A stretch of DNA of 64,000 nucleotides from Mobula hypostoma (GCF_963921235.1 NW_026948142.1:1-64000), one strand, 5' to 3'; shown: positions 53,959-63,843, numbered from the stretch's first letter. Notes: a model not told the origin generated them from the sequence alone. Numbers and translations: made by a program.

Positions 53959-56884
53959 TTTGCGAGAAGGATGGGACCCAGAGTGATAGAGCAGTGAAAG
54001 AAGTGCATGGAGTAAAGCCAGATCTAACATACAGAGAGGCTTTGAGGAAAGAGAAGCAGAATAACCGGTGTAAAGACAGTAAGGTAGGAGGGCTGAAATG
54101 TGCGTACCTCAATGCAAGAAGCATCAGGAACAAAGGTGATGAACTGAGAGCTTGGATACATACATGGAATTATGATGTAGTGGCCATTACAGAGACTTGG
54201 CTGGCACTAGGGCAGGAATGGATTCTCAATATTCCTGGATTTCAGTGCTTTAACAGGGATAGAGAGGGTGGAAAAAGGGGAGGAGTGGTGGCATTACTGG
54301 TCAGGGATACTATTACAGCTACAGAAAGGGTGGGTAATGTAGCAGGATCCTCTTTTGAGTCAATATGGGTGCAAGTCAGGAACAGGAAGGGAGCAGTTAC
54401 TCTACTGGGGGTACTCTATAGGCCCCCTGGTAGCAGCAGAGATACAGAGGAGCAGATTGGGAGGCAGATTTTGGAAAGGTGCAAAAATAACAGGGTTGTT
54501 ATCATGGGTGACTTTAACTTCCCTGATAATGATTGGCACCTGATTAGTTCCAAGGGTTTAGATGGGGCAGAGTTTGTTAACTGTGTCCAGGACGGATTTC
54601 TGTCACAGTATGTGGACAGGCCGACCAGAGAGAATGCCATACTAGATCTAGTACTAGGTAATGAACCGGGTCAGGTCACAGATCTCTCAATGGGTGAGCA
54701 TCTGGGGGACAGTGACAACCGCTCCCTGGCCTTTATAATTATCATGGAAAAGGATAGAATCAAAGAGGACAGGAAAATTTTTAATTGGGGAAAGGCAAAT
54801 TCTGAGGCTATAAGGCTAGAACTTGCGGGTGTGAATTGGGATGATGTTTTTGCAGGGAAATATACCATGGACATGTGGTCGATGTTTAGAGATATTTTGC
54901 GGGATGTAAGGGATAAATTTGTCCCGGTGAGGAAGATAAAGAATGGTAGGGTGAAGGAACCATGGGTGACAAGTGAGGTGGAAAATCTAGTCAGGTGGAA
55001 GAAGGCAGCATACATGAGGTTTAGGAAGCAGGGATCAGATGGGTCTATTGAGGAATATAGGGAAGCAAGAAAGGAACTTAAGAAGGGGCTGAGAAGAGCA
55101 AAAAAGGGGCATGAGAAGGCCTTGGCGAGTAGGGTAAAGGAAAACCCCAAGGCATTCTTCAATTATGTGAAGAAAAAAAGGATGACAGGAGTAAAGGTAG
55201 GATTGATTAGAGATAAAGGTGGGAAGATGTGCCTGGAGGCTGTGGAAGTGAGCAAGGTCCTCAATGAATACTTCTCTTCAGTATTCACCAATGAGAGGGA
55301 ACTTGATGATGGTGAGGACAATATGAGTGAGGTTGATGTTCTGGAGCATGTTGATATTAAGGGGGAGGAGGTGTTGGAGTTGTTAAAATACATTAGGACA
55401 AATAAGTCCCCGGGGCCTGACAGAATATTCCCCAGGCTGCTCCACGAGGTGAGAGAAGAGATTGCTGAGCCTCTGGCTAGGATCTTTATGTCTTCGTTGT
55501 CCACGGGAATGGTACTGGAGGATTGGAGGGAGGCGAATGTTGTTCCCTTGTTCAAAAAAGGTAGTAGGGATAGTCCGGATAATTATAGACCAGTGAGCCT
55601 TACGTCTGTGGTGGGAAAGCTGTTGGAAAAGATTCTTAGAGATAGGATCTATAGGCATTTAGAGAATCATGGTCTGATCAGGGACAGTCAGCATGGCTTT
55701 GTGAAGGGCAGATCGTGTCTAACAAGCCTGATAGAGATCTTTGAGGAGGTGACCAGGCATATAGATGAGGGTAGTGCTGTGGATGTGATTATATGGATTT
55801 TAGTAAGGCATTTGACAAGATTCCACACGGTAGGCTGATTCAGAAGGTTAGAAGGCATGGGATCCAGGGAAGTTTGGCCAGGTGGATTCAGAATTGGCTT
55901 GCCTGCAGAAGGCAGAGGGTGGTGGTGGAGGGAGTACATTCAGATTGGAGGATTGTGACTAGTGGTGTCCCACAAGGATCTGTTCTGGGACCTCAACTTT
56001 TCGTGATTTTTATTAACGACCTGGATGTGGGGGTAGAAGGGTGGGTTGGCAAGTTTGCAGACGACACAAAGGTTGGTGGTGTTGTAGATAGTGTAGAGGA
56101 TTGTCAAAGATTGCAGAGAGACATTGATAGGATGCAGAAGTGGGCTGAGAAGTGACAGATGGAGTTCAACCCGGAGAAGTGTGAGGTGGTACACTTTGGA
56201 AGGACAAACTCCAAGGCAGAGTACAAAGTAAATTGCAGGATACTTGGTAGTGTGGAGGAGCAGAGGGATCTTGGGGTACATGTCCACAGATCCCTGAAAG
56301 TTGCCTCACAGGTGGATAGGGTAGTTAAGAAAGCTTATGGGGTGTTAGCTTTCATAAGTTGAGGGATAGAGTTTAAGAGTCGCGATGTAATGATGCAGCT
56401 CTATAAAACTCTGGTTAGGCCACACTTGGAGTACTGTGTCCAGTTCTGGTCACCTCACTACGGGAAGGACGTGGAAGCATTGGAAAAGGCACAGAGGAGA
56501 TTTACCAGGATGCTGCCTGGTTTAGAAAGTATGCATTATGATCAGAGATTAAGGGAGCTAGGGCTTTACTCTTTGGAGAGAAGGAGGATGAGAGGAGACA
56601 TGATAGAGATGTACAAGATAATAAGAGGAATAGATAGAGTGGATAGCCAGCACCTCTTCCCCAGGGCACCACTGCTCAATACAAGAGGACATGACTTTAA
56701 GGTAAGGGGTGGGAAGTTCCAGGGGGATATTAGAGGAAGGTTTTTTACTCAGAGAGTGGTTGGTGCGTGGAATGCACTGCCTGAGTCAGTGGTGGAGGCA
56801 GATACACTAGTGAAGTTTAAGAGACTACTAGACAGATATATGGAGGAATCTAAGGTGGGGGCTTATATGGGAGGCAGTGTTTGA
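53949..56884 (+). pseudogene. CR1 ORF2 (APE endonuclease plus reverse transcriptase), disrupted
   Basis: [53 protein letters not shown]. Frameshift near 55,790 and stops at 56,153 and 56,360. Confidence 0.95.
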
Positions 56885-56932
56885 GGATCGGCACAGCATT
56901 GTGTACTGTGCTGTACTATTCTATGTTCTATG

Positions 56933-57333
56933 TTTTCTCCTTGCAGCGATGGAGGATGAGGGGTGACCTGATAGAGGTGTATAAGATAATGAGAAGCATT
57001 GATCGTGTGGATAGTCAGACGTTTTTTCCCAGGGCTGAAATGGATAACATGAGAGGGCACAGTTTTAAGGTGCTTGGAAGTAGGTACAGAGGAGATGTTA
57101 GGGGTAAATTTTTTACACAGAGAGTGGTGAGGGCGTGGAATGGGCTAGACGGCGACAGTGGTGGAGGCGGATATGATAGGGTCCTTTAGGAGGCTCTTGG
57201 ATAGGTACCTGGAGCTTAGAAAAATAGAGGGCTATGGATAATCCTAGGTAATTTCTGAATTAAATACATGTTCGGCACAGCATTGTGGGCCGAAGGGCCT
57301 GTACTGTGCTGTAAGTTTTCTATGTTTCTATGT
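56933..57333 (+). mobile_element. CR1 3' end, probably the distal part of the 51,496 element
   Basis: RMRGDLIEVYKIM, FFTQRVV, GGGCCGAAGGGCC and a (TTTCTATG)2 tail. Confidence 0.88.
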
Positions 57334-57482
57334 CTTACCCTTCCTGAAGTCTACAACCAGCTCTTTCGTCTTACTGTCATTGAGTTGAAGGTTGTTGCTG
57401 TGGCCCTCTCGTCACCATCTGAGATTCTACCAACAATGGTTGTATCATTGGCAAATTTATAGATGGTATTTGAGCTATGCCT
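57334..57482 (-). mobile_element. Rex1/Babar RT fragment, continuing 51,226-51,495
   Basis: Manual minus translation IYKFANDTTIVGRISDGDE...SKTKELVVDFRK. Confidence 0.8.
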
Positions 57483-57489
57483 AATACTT

Positions 57490-57770
57490 ATATATCTGGT
57501 CCCTTCAAAAACCTTCCAATAATTTTCTCACAACTGATGTCAGACTCACTGGCCTATAATTTCCTGGAATATGTTTGGAGCTTTTCTTAAACAGTGGAGC
57601 AAGATTGGCTATCTTCCAATCCTCTGGTACCTCATTTGTTGCTAAGGATGATTTAAATATCTCTGCTAAGTCCCCGCAATTTCTGCACATGCCTCCTGCA
57701 GGGTCCGAGGGAACACGTTGTCAGGCCCTGGGGATTTATCCACTCTGAGATGCCTCAGGATAGCAAACAT
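57490..57770 (-). mobile_element. CR1 ORF2 fragment
   Basis: ORF 57505-57690 VPEDWKIANLAPLFKK...NYRPVSLTSVV. Confidence 0.85.
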
Positions 57771-58487
57771 GTTGGAGTACATGTCCAAAGACCCTCGAAA
57801 GTAGTTCATGCAGTGAAGAAGTAAACCGAAGTACTGGACTTCATTACATGGGGGGCACAGGCTACAAGAGGGGAGTTGTGCTCCGACTGATAAACCTCAG
57901 CTGAAAATCTCTGTACAGTTCTGGTCACCACACTATGGGAAGAACGTGATGGTGCTAGACCGGGCACCATGGAGATTTTCCTGGATGTTGCCTGGGATGG
58001 AGCTGTTCAGTTACAAGAAGGGACTTGAGAGGTTGGGTTTGCTCTTCCTGGACAGGGCGAATTCAAGAGAGAAATAACTCATGTATATTAAATAGTACTG
58101 GTTATAGATAGAGGAGGCAACAGGAACCTTTTCCCAATATCAAAATAGATAACTGGAGGTCTCACCCAGAGAGGGGTGAGTTCTGGAAATTTCTAACCCA
58201 GAGAGGGGTGAGTACATGGATGTTTCTCACCCAGAGAGGGCTGAGTATCTGGATGTTTCTCACCTAGAGAGAAGTGAGGACCTGGAATGCACTGTCGGAG
58301 GGACTGGTGGAAGTAGACTCACTAATTGTATTGAAGGACTAGACTGGCACTTGAATTACCCAGATACAGAAGGTGCTGGGTTAAGTGATGGGTGATGGGA
58401 TTAGTGCAAGTGAGTGCTGGCAGTTGGTGTGGACCTTGTGGACTGAATGGCCTGTTTCTTGCTGCGTTACTACGTGGCTCTGTATGT
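57771..58487 (+). mobile_element. Highly diverged CR1 3' part
   Basis: gtacagttctggtcaccacactat (VQFWSPHY), tggaatgcactg and a 3' UTR gactgaatggcctgtttct...ctctgtatg. Confidence 0.7.
58160..58290 (+). repeat. 32-33-bp minisatellite, 4 copies, derived from the CR1 FTQRVV region
   Basis: TCTCACCCAGAGAGGGGTGAG-like units start at 58,160, 58,192, 58,225 and 58,258. Confidence 0.85.
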
Positions 58488-58529
58488 GTCATCCATTGTA
58501 CTATCACCATGCAGGAGGATTTGTGAGTA

Positions 58530-58860
58530 CCGTCGACAACAGGAATCTCAGTGGTCGCTGCGGAATGCAAGTGCTCCATAAAGCCATCGCCCAGTGTGGT
58601 TTCTCCAGCTTGGAGGAAGTCGCATTACAAACACCGAATGCAGCACACTGGACCGGAAGATGTGCAGGTGAGTGCCTGATCTATCAAGATGGAGTTTTGA
58701 CGCTGGGTAGGGATAAAGAGAGTGAATGGGATGTGTTGCCCTGCACATAGTTATCTGGGAAAGTGCCATAAGTTGGGAGGTTGGTGGGGACAGAAGAATC
58801 GACCACAAAAGGGGTGATATCTTTGAAATGCAGAAAGAGTAGGGGAGGGGAGTGTATGCT
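58530..58860 (-). mobile_element. Old degenerate Penelope-like fragment (GIY-YIG region)
   Basis: Minus-strand ET..GDGFMEHLHS...IPVV parallels GET..LADRFVEHLHS...LPVA of the element at 60-61 kb. Confidence 0.55.
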
Positions 58861-58869
58861 TGCTGGTGT

Positions 58870-59689
58870 GTTACTCTGTGGCTAAAGAGATTCCTCCTTA
58901 TCTCTGTTCTAGAGGCATCACTCTATTCTGAGGCTGTGTCCTCTGGCTCTAGACTTCCCCACTATAGGAAACGTATCTCCCTGGGAAAAAGACGGTATGC
59001 ATTCACCATACCTATAGCTCCCTTAAGGTCACTTCTCAATCTCCTACATTCCAAGGAACAAAGTCCTAACTGTCCAACTTTGTACTTACTATGAATGCTC
59101 ACAAGAAATTGAATCTCAGGATAGTATATGTTCTTTGATAAAAAAATTTACTTTGAATGCTCACAGAAATTGAATCTCAGGATGGTGTATGGTTACGTAC
59201 CTGTTCTTTGATAATAAATTTACTTCGAATGCTCACAGCAATTGAATCTCAGGGTAGTATATGGTTACATATCTGTTCTTTGATAATAACTTTACTTTCA
59301 GTGCTCACAGAAATTGAATCTCAGGATAGTATATGGTTACATATCTGTTCTTTGACATTGAATTTTAACTATTCCCTATAACTACCCGAGTCCTGTCGAC
59401 ATCCTCATAGATCTTCTTTGCAATCTTTCCAGCTTAATGATTCCCTTCCTGTAACAGGGTGACCAAAACTGTCCACAATACTCCATGTGGCCTTGCCAAC
59501 ATCATGTTCAAAGTCCCCTTGTAAACCTTGATAACCTTCACTGTCTAAAATACCACCTCTTTTGGTTTCCCCTTATACATTCTCACCCAAACTGATTGTC
59601 GAAATAATGAACAAGGGTTTCAAGACTGATGCCTGAGGCACCCCACTAGTTACATGATTCCAGTGTGAGAAACAACCTTTCACAATCAC
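58870..59689 (-). mobile_element. Diverged CR1 3'/RT fragment; continues at about 59,975-60,020 and 61,631-61,700
   Basis: gaccaaaactgtccacaatactcc (LEYCGQFW on the minus strand) and gcaccccactagttac (VTSGVP). Confidence 0.7.
59093..59366 (+). repeat. About 72-bp tandem repeat, 4 copies, resembling a LINE 3' terminus
   Basis: Units start at 59,093, 59,155, 59,227 and 59,299 (periods 62, 72, 72): TGCTCACAGAAATTGAATCTCAGGATAGTATATGG...TTTGATAATAAATTTACTTT. Confidence 0.85.
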
Positions 59690-59971
59690 CACACATCAAA
59701 GTTGCTGGTGAACGCAGCAGGCCAGGCAGCATCTGTAGGAAGAGGTGCAGTCGACGTTTCAGGCCGAGACCCTTCATCAGGACTAACTGAAGGAAGAGTT
59801 AGTAAGCCATTTGAAAGTGGGAGGGGGAGGGGGAGATCCAAAATGATAGGAGAAGACAGGAGGGGGAGGGATAGAGCCAAGAGCTGGACAGGTGATAGGC
59901 AAAAGGGATACGAGAGGATCATGGGACAGGGGGGATAGGCAAAAGGGATACGAGAGGATCATGGGACAGGA
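59690..59971 (-). mobile_element. Penelope-like 3' UTR/pLTR fragment
   Basis: On the minus strand a pyrimidine-rich tract leads into a hammerhead and then GATGCTGCCTGGCCTGCTGCGTTCACCAGC. A 37-bp duplication (59,894-59,930 / 59,934-59,970) sits at the truncation end. Confidence 0.85.
59749..59784 (-). ncRNA. Minimal type I hammerhead ribozyme motif, intact core, GUC cleavage triplet
   Basis: Minus strand: agtc CTGATGA a gggtctcggcct GAAA cgtc gact. Stem I agtc/gact and palindromic ACGT stem III. Confidence 0.85.
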
Positions 59972-60116
59972 GGTACAAGAGGACTGTTTACTGTTGTTGA
60001 GCTGATTATGAATCCAGTTACACAAAACACTCTGCAGATGCTGGGGTCAAAGCAACACTCACAACATGCTGGAGGAACTCAGCAGGTCAGGCAGCATTTG
60101 TGGAAACGATCAGTCA

Positions 60117-61269
60117 CTCGCATGGGCCCCAGTTATGCCTGCCTCTTCATTGGTTATGTGGAACAGTCTGTGCTCCAAACCTATTCTGGTACTGCTCCCC
60201 AACTTTTCCTTCGGTACATTGACGACTACATTGGTGCTGCTTCCTGCACCCATGCTGAGCTCGTCAATTTCATCGACTTTACTTCAAACTTCCACCCAGC
60301 CCTCAAATTCACTTGGTCTATCTCGGACACATCTCTCCCCTTTCTCGATCTCTCAGTCTCCATCTCTGGAGACAGACTGTCCACTGACATCTTCTATAAG
60401 CCCAATGACTCTCATAACTACCTCAACTATACCTCTTCCCACCCGCCACATGCAAAAATGCCATTCCCTATTCCCAGTTCCTCCGTCTCCGCCGCATCTG
60501 CTCCGAGGATGAGGCTTTCCGTTCCAGGACATCTCAAATGTCCTCTTTCTTTAAGGATCGTGGTTTCTCTTCTGCCGTCATCAATGATGTCCTCACCCAC
60601 ATCTCCTCCATTTCCCGCACTTCGGCTCTCACCCCATCCTCCTGCCACCACAACAGGGACAGAGTTCCCCTTCTCCTCACCTACCACCCCACCAGCCTCC
60701 GGATCCAGCACATTATCCTCCGCAACTTCCGCCACCTTCAACAGGACCCCACCACTAAGCACATCTTTCCCTCTCCACCCCTCTCCGCTTTCCGCAGTGA
60801 TCGGTCTCTTTGCGACTCCCTGGTCCACACGTCCCTCCCCACGGATCTTCCACTTGGCACTTATCCCTGTAAGCATAAGTGCTACACCTGTCCTTACGCC
60901 TCCTCTCTTGCCACCATTCAGAGCCCCAAACAGTACTTCCAGGTGAGGCAACACTTCACTTCTGAGTCTGTTGGGGTCATCTATTGCATCCGGTGCTCCC
61001 GGTGCGGCCTCCTCTACATCGGTGAAACCCAACGCAGATTGGCGGACCGCTTCGTCGAGCACCTCCACTCCGTCCGCCAAAACAGACAGGATCTCCCAGT
61101 AGCCACCCACTTCAACTCTGCTTCACATTCCCATTCGGATATGTCCATACATGGCCTCCTCTACTGCCATGATGAGGCTAAGTTCAGGATGCAGGAGCTA
61201 CACCTCATATACCATCTAGGTAGTCTCCAGCTCCTTGGTATGAACATAGAATTCTCCAACTTCCGGTAA
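60117..61269 (+). pseudogene. PLE reverse transcriptase / GIY-YIG endonuclease, truncated, one frameshift
   Basis: TRMGPSYA, FLRYIDD, LPFLDL, YKP..SH; frameshift near 60,450; then SQFLRLRRICS, a Cys-rich linker YPCKHKCYTCPY, VIYCIRC..CGLLYIGET and a terminal GMN. Confidence 0.93.
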
Positions 61270-61533
61270 TTCTCTCCCTCTCCCTTCCCCTATCACTATG
61301 TCACTCTGCCCCCTCCCCCAGCTGCCTATCACCTCCTTCATGGTTCCGCCTCCTTCTACTACCCATTGTGTTTTTCCCTATTCTTTCTTCACCTTTCCTG
61401 CCTATCACCTCCCTGCCTCCCCTCCCCCAGCCCTTTATCTTTCCACTTACTTGTTCTTCACCTGGAACCTACCAGCCTTCTCCTTCCCACCCTCCCCCCA
61501 CCTTCTTTATAGGGCCTCTGCCCCTTCCCTCTA

Positions 61534-61571
61534 CAGTCCTGACGAAGGGTTCCGGCCCGAAACGTTGACTG
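61534..61571 (+). ncRNA. Minimal type I hammerhead ribozyme motif, GUU cleavage triplet
   Basis: cagtc CTGACGA a GGGttccggCCC GAAA cgtt gactg. 5-bp stem I, 3-bp stem II, ACGT palindrome. Predicted cut after 61,566. Confidence 0.85.
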
Positions 61572-61747
61572 ATCGTTTCCACGGATGCTGCCCGACCTGC
61601 TGAGTTCCTCCAGCGTGGTGTGAGTGTTGCTATGAATCCAGTTAGTCAGCCTGTCCTGGTCCTTCGCCATTGAACCTTACACAATAGCCTTTCATGCTGC
61701 CGTCGCAGATCCTTTTATGAAGTCCTGCGCTGATGATGCTTATTGCC

Positions 61748-62000
61748 ACATAGAACCCAGAACAGTACAGCACAGTACAGACTCTTTGGCCCACAATGTT
61801 GTGCTAAACTAATTAAATGGCCTACTAAATTAATCTCTTCTCCCTACATAATGTCCATACTCCACCATTTACTTCACATTCATGTGCCTGTCTAAACGTC
61901 TCTTAGAAGTCTCTAGTGCTTCTGCCTCTGCCGTCACCCCGGGCAGCACATTCCAGGCACCCACCACTCCATGTAAAAAACTTGCCTTCACATCTCCTTA
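61748..62000 (-). mobile_element. CR1 3'-end fragment
   Basis: catagaacccagaacagtacagcacagtacag tail and cacattccaggcacccaccactc (RVVGAWN on the minus strand). Confidence 0.8.
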
Positions 62001-62727
62001 TCGATTTTCATTTCCACCCAGTTCACAAATATTCTGTCATTATCTCTTGGAGAACCATTTATATTTAGAAATAGAATCATTCGAAACAATTGTTTGTTTA
62101 ATCTTTTGAACATTCTTTGCTGTTTTTTAAATCTCTCCCGGCCCCCAGGCACACTACTCTTGGCAACATGACAAGTAACTTACCACGTGAGTTACTGGAA
62201 TAAACCCCACAAGTTAACTATTGATGGATCACTTTCTCATCGGGTCATTATTTCGCAATGGAACAAAATACACAAAAGATTTATTTTAATTCACTGACAC
62301 AAGAATGGGCTTTTGTCATTTTCCGTCCTCCTCCAGTTCTGCAACTGAAGGGTGAATGGGGTTTAGCCAGTTTACCCCTTGTCCACCCATCGCGCTCTCA
62401 CATTCTCTGCAACTTAAAACTATCTTTATTTTCTTTTCCCAATGAAATGTTCGAATCTACTTTAGTTATGGCAACCTTGAACTGATTCCTAAGTCCAAAT
62501 ATTTAGTCTCTCACTGAAATGTGCCTCTTGCTAGCTATGTGCGAAAGTCTATTGCCTTGGGATGACTTTTCTCTGCAGGGCATTCCACCCTGAGATTACC
62601 AGCTCACCCTGTTGGCTAAACAAGTAACTGGTGACCAGCTGTTATTCACTCTAGAGGAAACATATTCCCCAGGGATCTGTAACCCTAAGGGATAGCTCAC
62701 TCAAACACAGAACCCTATACCTCTTCC

Positions 62728-62880
62728 ACCATAAGACCATAAGATATAGGAGCAGAAATAGCTTATTTGGCCCATCGCATCCGCTCCGCCATTTCATCAT
62801 TACTGATCAAGTTTCCTCAGTCCCAATCTCCTACCTCACCCTGTATCCTTTCATACCCTGACCAATCAAGAATCATCCAG
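62728..62880 (-). mobile_element. CR1 3'-end fragment with (TCTTATGG)n tail
   Basis: accataagaccataagatataggagcagaa is the reverse complement of the tail type at 42,233. Confidence 0.8.
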
Positions 62881-63480
62881 ACCACCCCAGTTCATTCTTC
62901 ACTGTTCAGAATAGGACACTGCAACCCAAGGCTTAATTGATGACACATGCTTCTGTGGTTAGGAAGTCTATTTGAAAGGTCACCCAGTAACAATTTTCAC
63001 AAACAGCCGAGGACATCTTTGAATGAACCTGAAACCATAGCCAGGTTCAAAATTTTTTCCCCCTAAAATTTCTCCGAAATGCCAGAATCCTTATTTTACA
63101 CATCGTTAAGTTCCAAATGTAGAAAATATTAGAATGTTATCATTGTACAGCATTGCTCCGACCTAGGAATATTCAACTTTAAATTTTTATGAAAGTATGA
63201 TAAAAAAAAATGACAGTGTAATTAAAATGAAAAACTAATTTAATGCAATTGACTCTGAAGTACTTTTAAGATCTGCAGTGGTGTGAACTGGACTGCATAA
63301 ATGAGTTTTCAATGACCCAGTGGAGTCTAGGTAGAGCTGCTATGGTTACTTATTAGGGAAATGGAATTTATTTTATATGTCTACCAGCCTTACAGAATAT
63401 AGTCAAATGATGTTAAAATACAATTTGAATTTTGATAAATGTTATTCAATAGTTTGGTCACAATACAAAATAGACTTTAC

Positions 63481-63588
63481 CTATACTGCACAAATGAATT
63501 CTCGTCAGCCTTCTGTGCTTCATGTCCAGATGAAAATCCAAAGTGAAAATGTCTGGCAACCCAGTAGGGATCCCATAGGATTCTTAAA
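63481..63588 (-). other. Candidate 108-nt symmetric exon
   Basis: Minus strand cacctcgcag|TTTAAG...TATAG|gtaaag. Only one frame is open end to end (LRILWDPYWVARHFHFGFSSGHEAQKADENSFVQY). The acceptor pyrimidine tract is weak. Confidence 0.25.
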
Positions 63589-63649
63589 CTGCGAGGTGAT
63601 ATTTTGTTGTAATTGAAGATGTAATGACTTCATAATATTCTCAGAGTTT

Positions 63650-63843
63650 TCTTAGAGCCGTGAGTATGGAGTGCTGTTTGTGAGCTCGGTTTCAACGTTT
63701 AAGAAGTTTAGATAGGTAGCTGGATAGCAGGGCTATGGAGGGGTATGATCCCAGTGCAGGTCAATGGGAGTGAGCAGCTTAAGTGGTTTTGCAATGGACT
63801 AGATGGGCCAACGAGCCTGTTCCTGTGCTGTACTCTTCTATGA
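63650..63843 (+). mobile_element. CR1 3'-end fragment
   Basis: tttaagaagtttagatagg and gatgggccaacgagcctgttcctgtgctgtactcttctatg. Confidence 0.75.

Larger units (their letters stand above)
52763..56932 (+). mobile_element. Near full-length CR1 LINE, about 4.2 kb (5' UTR, ORF1, ORF2, 3' tail)
   Basis: Contiguous ORF1 and ORF2 with only about five lesions. Ends CTATTCTATGTTCTATG. Confidence 0.95.
60021..61630 (+). mobile_element. 5'-truncated Penelope-like retroelement (probably Neptune group) with inverted pLTR at its 5' end
   Basis: 14-bp TSD TATGAATCCAGTTA at 60,007-60,020 and 61,631-61,644. About 66-bp inverted repeat at 60,051-60,116 / 61,566-61,631. RT plus GIY-YIG coding region. Confidence 0.93.

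Noticed and set aside
54416..56287. Long antisense ORFs over CR1 ORF2 (and 60427-61110 over the PLE)
   Set aside because: Shadow frames of retroelement coding sequence with no independent motifs.
62579..62623. Plus-strand exon-like segment ttttctctgcag|45 nt|gtaact
   Set aside because: Weak donor, no partner exons on the plus strand and no recognisable peptide.
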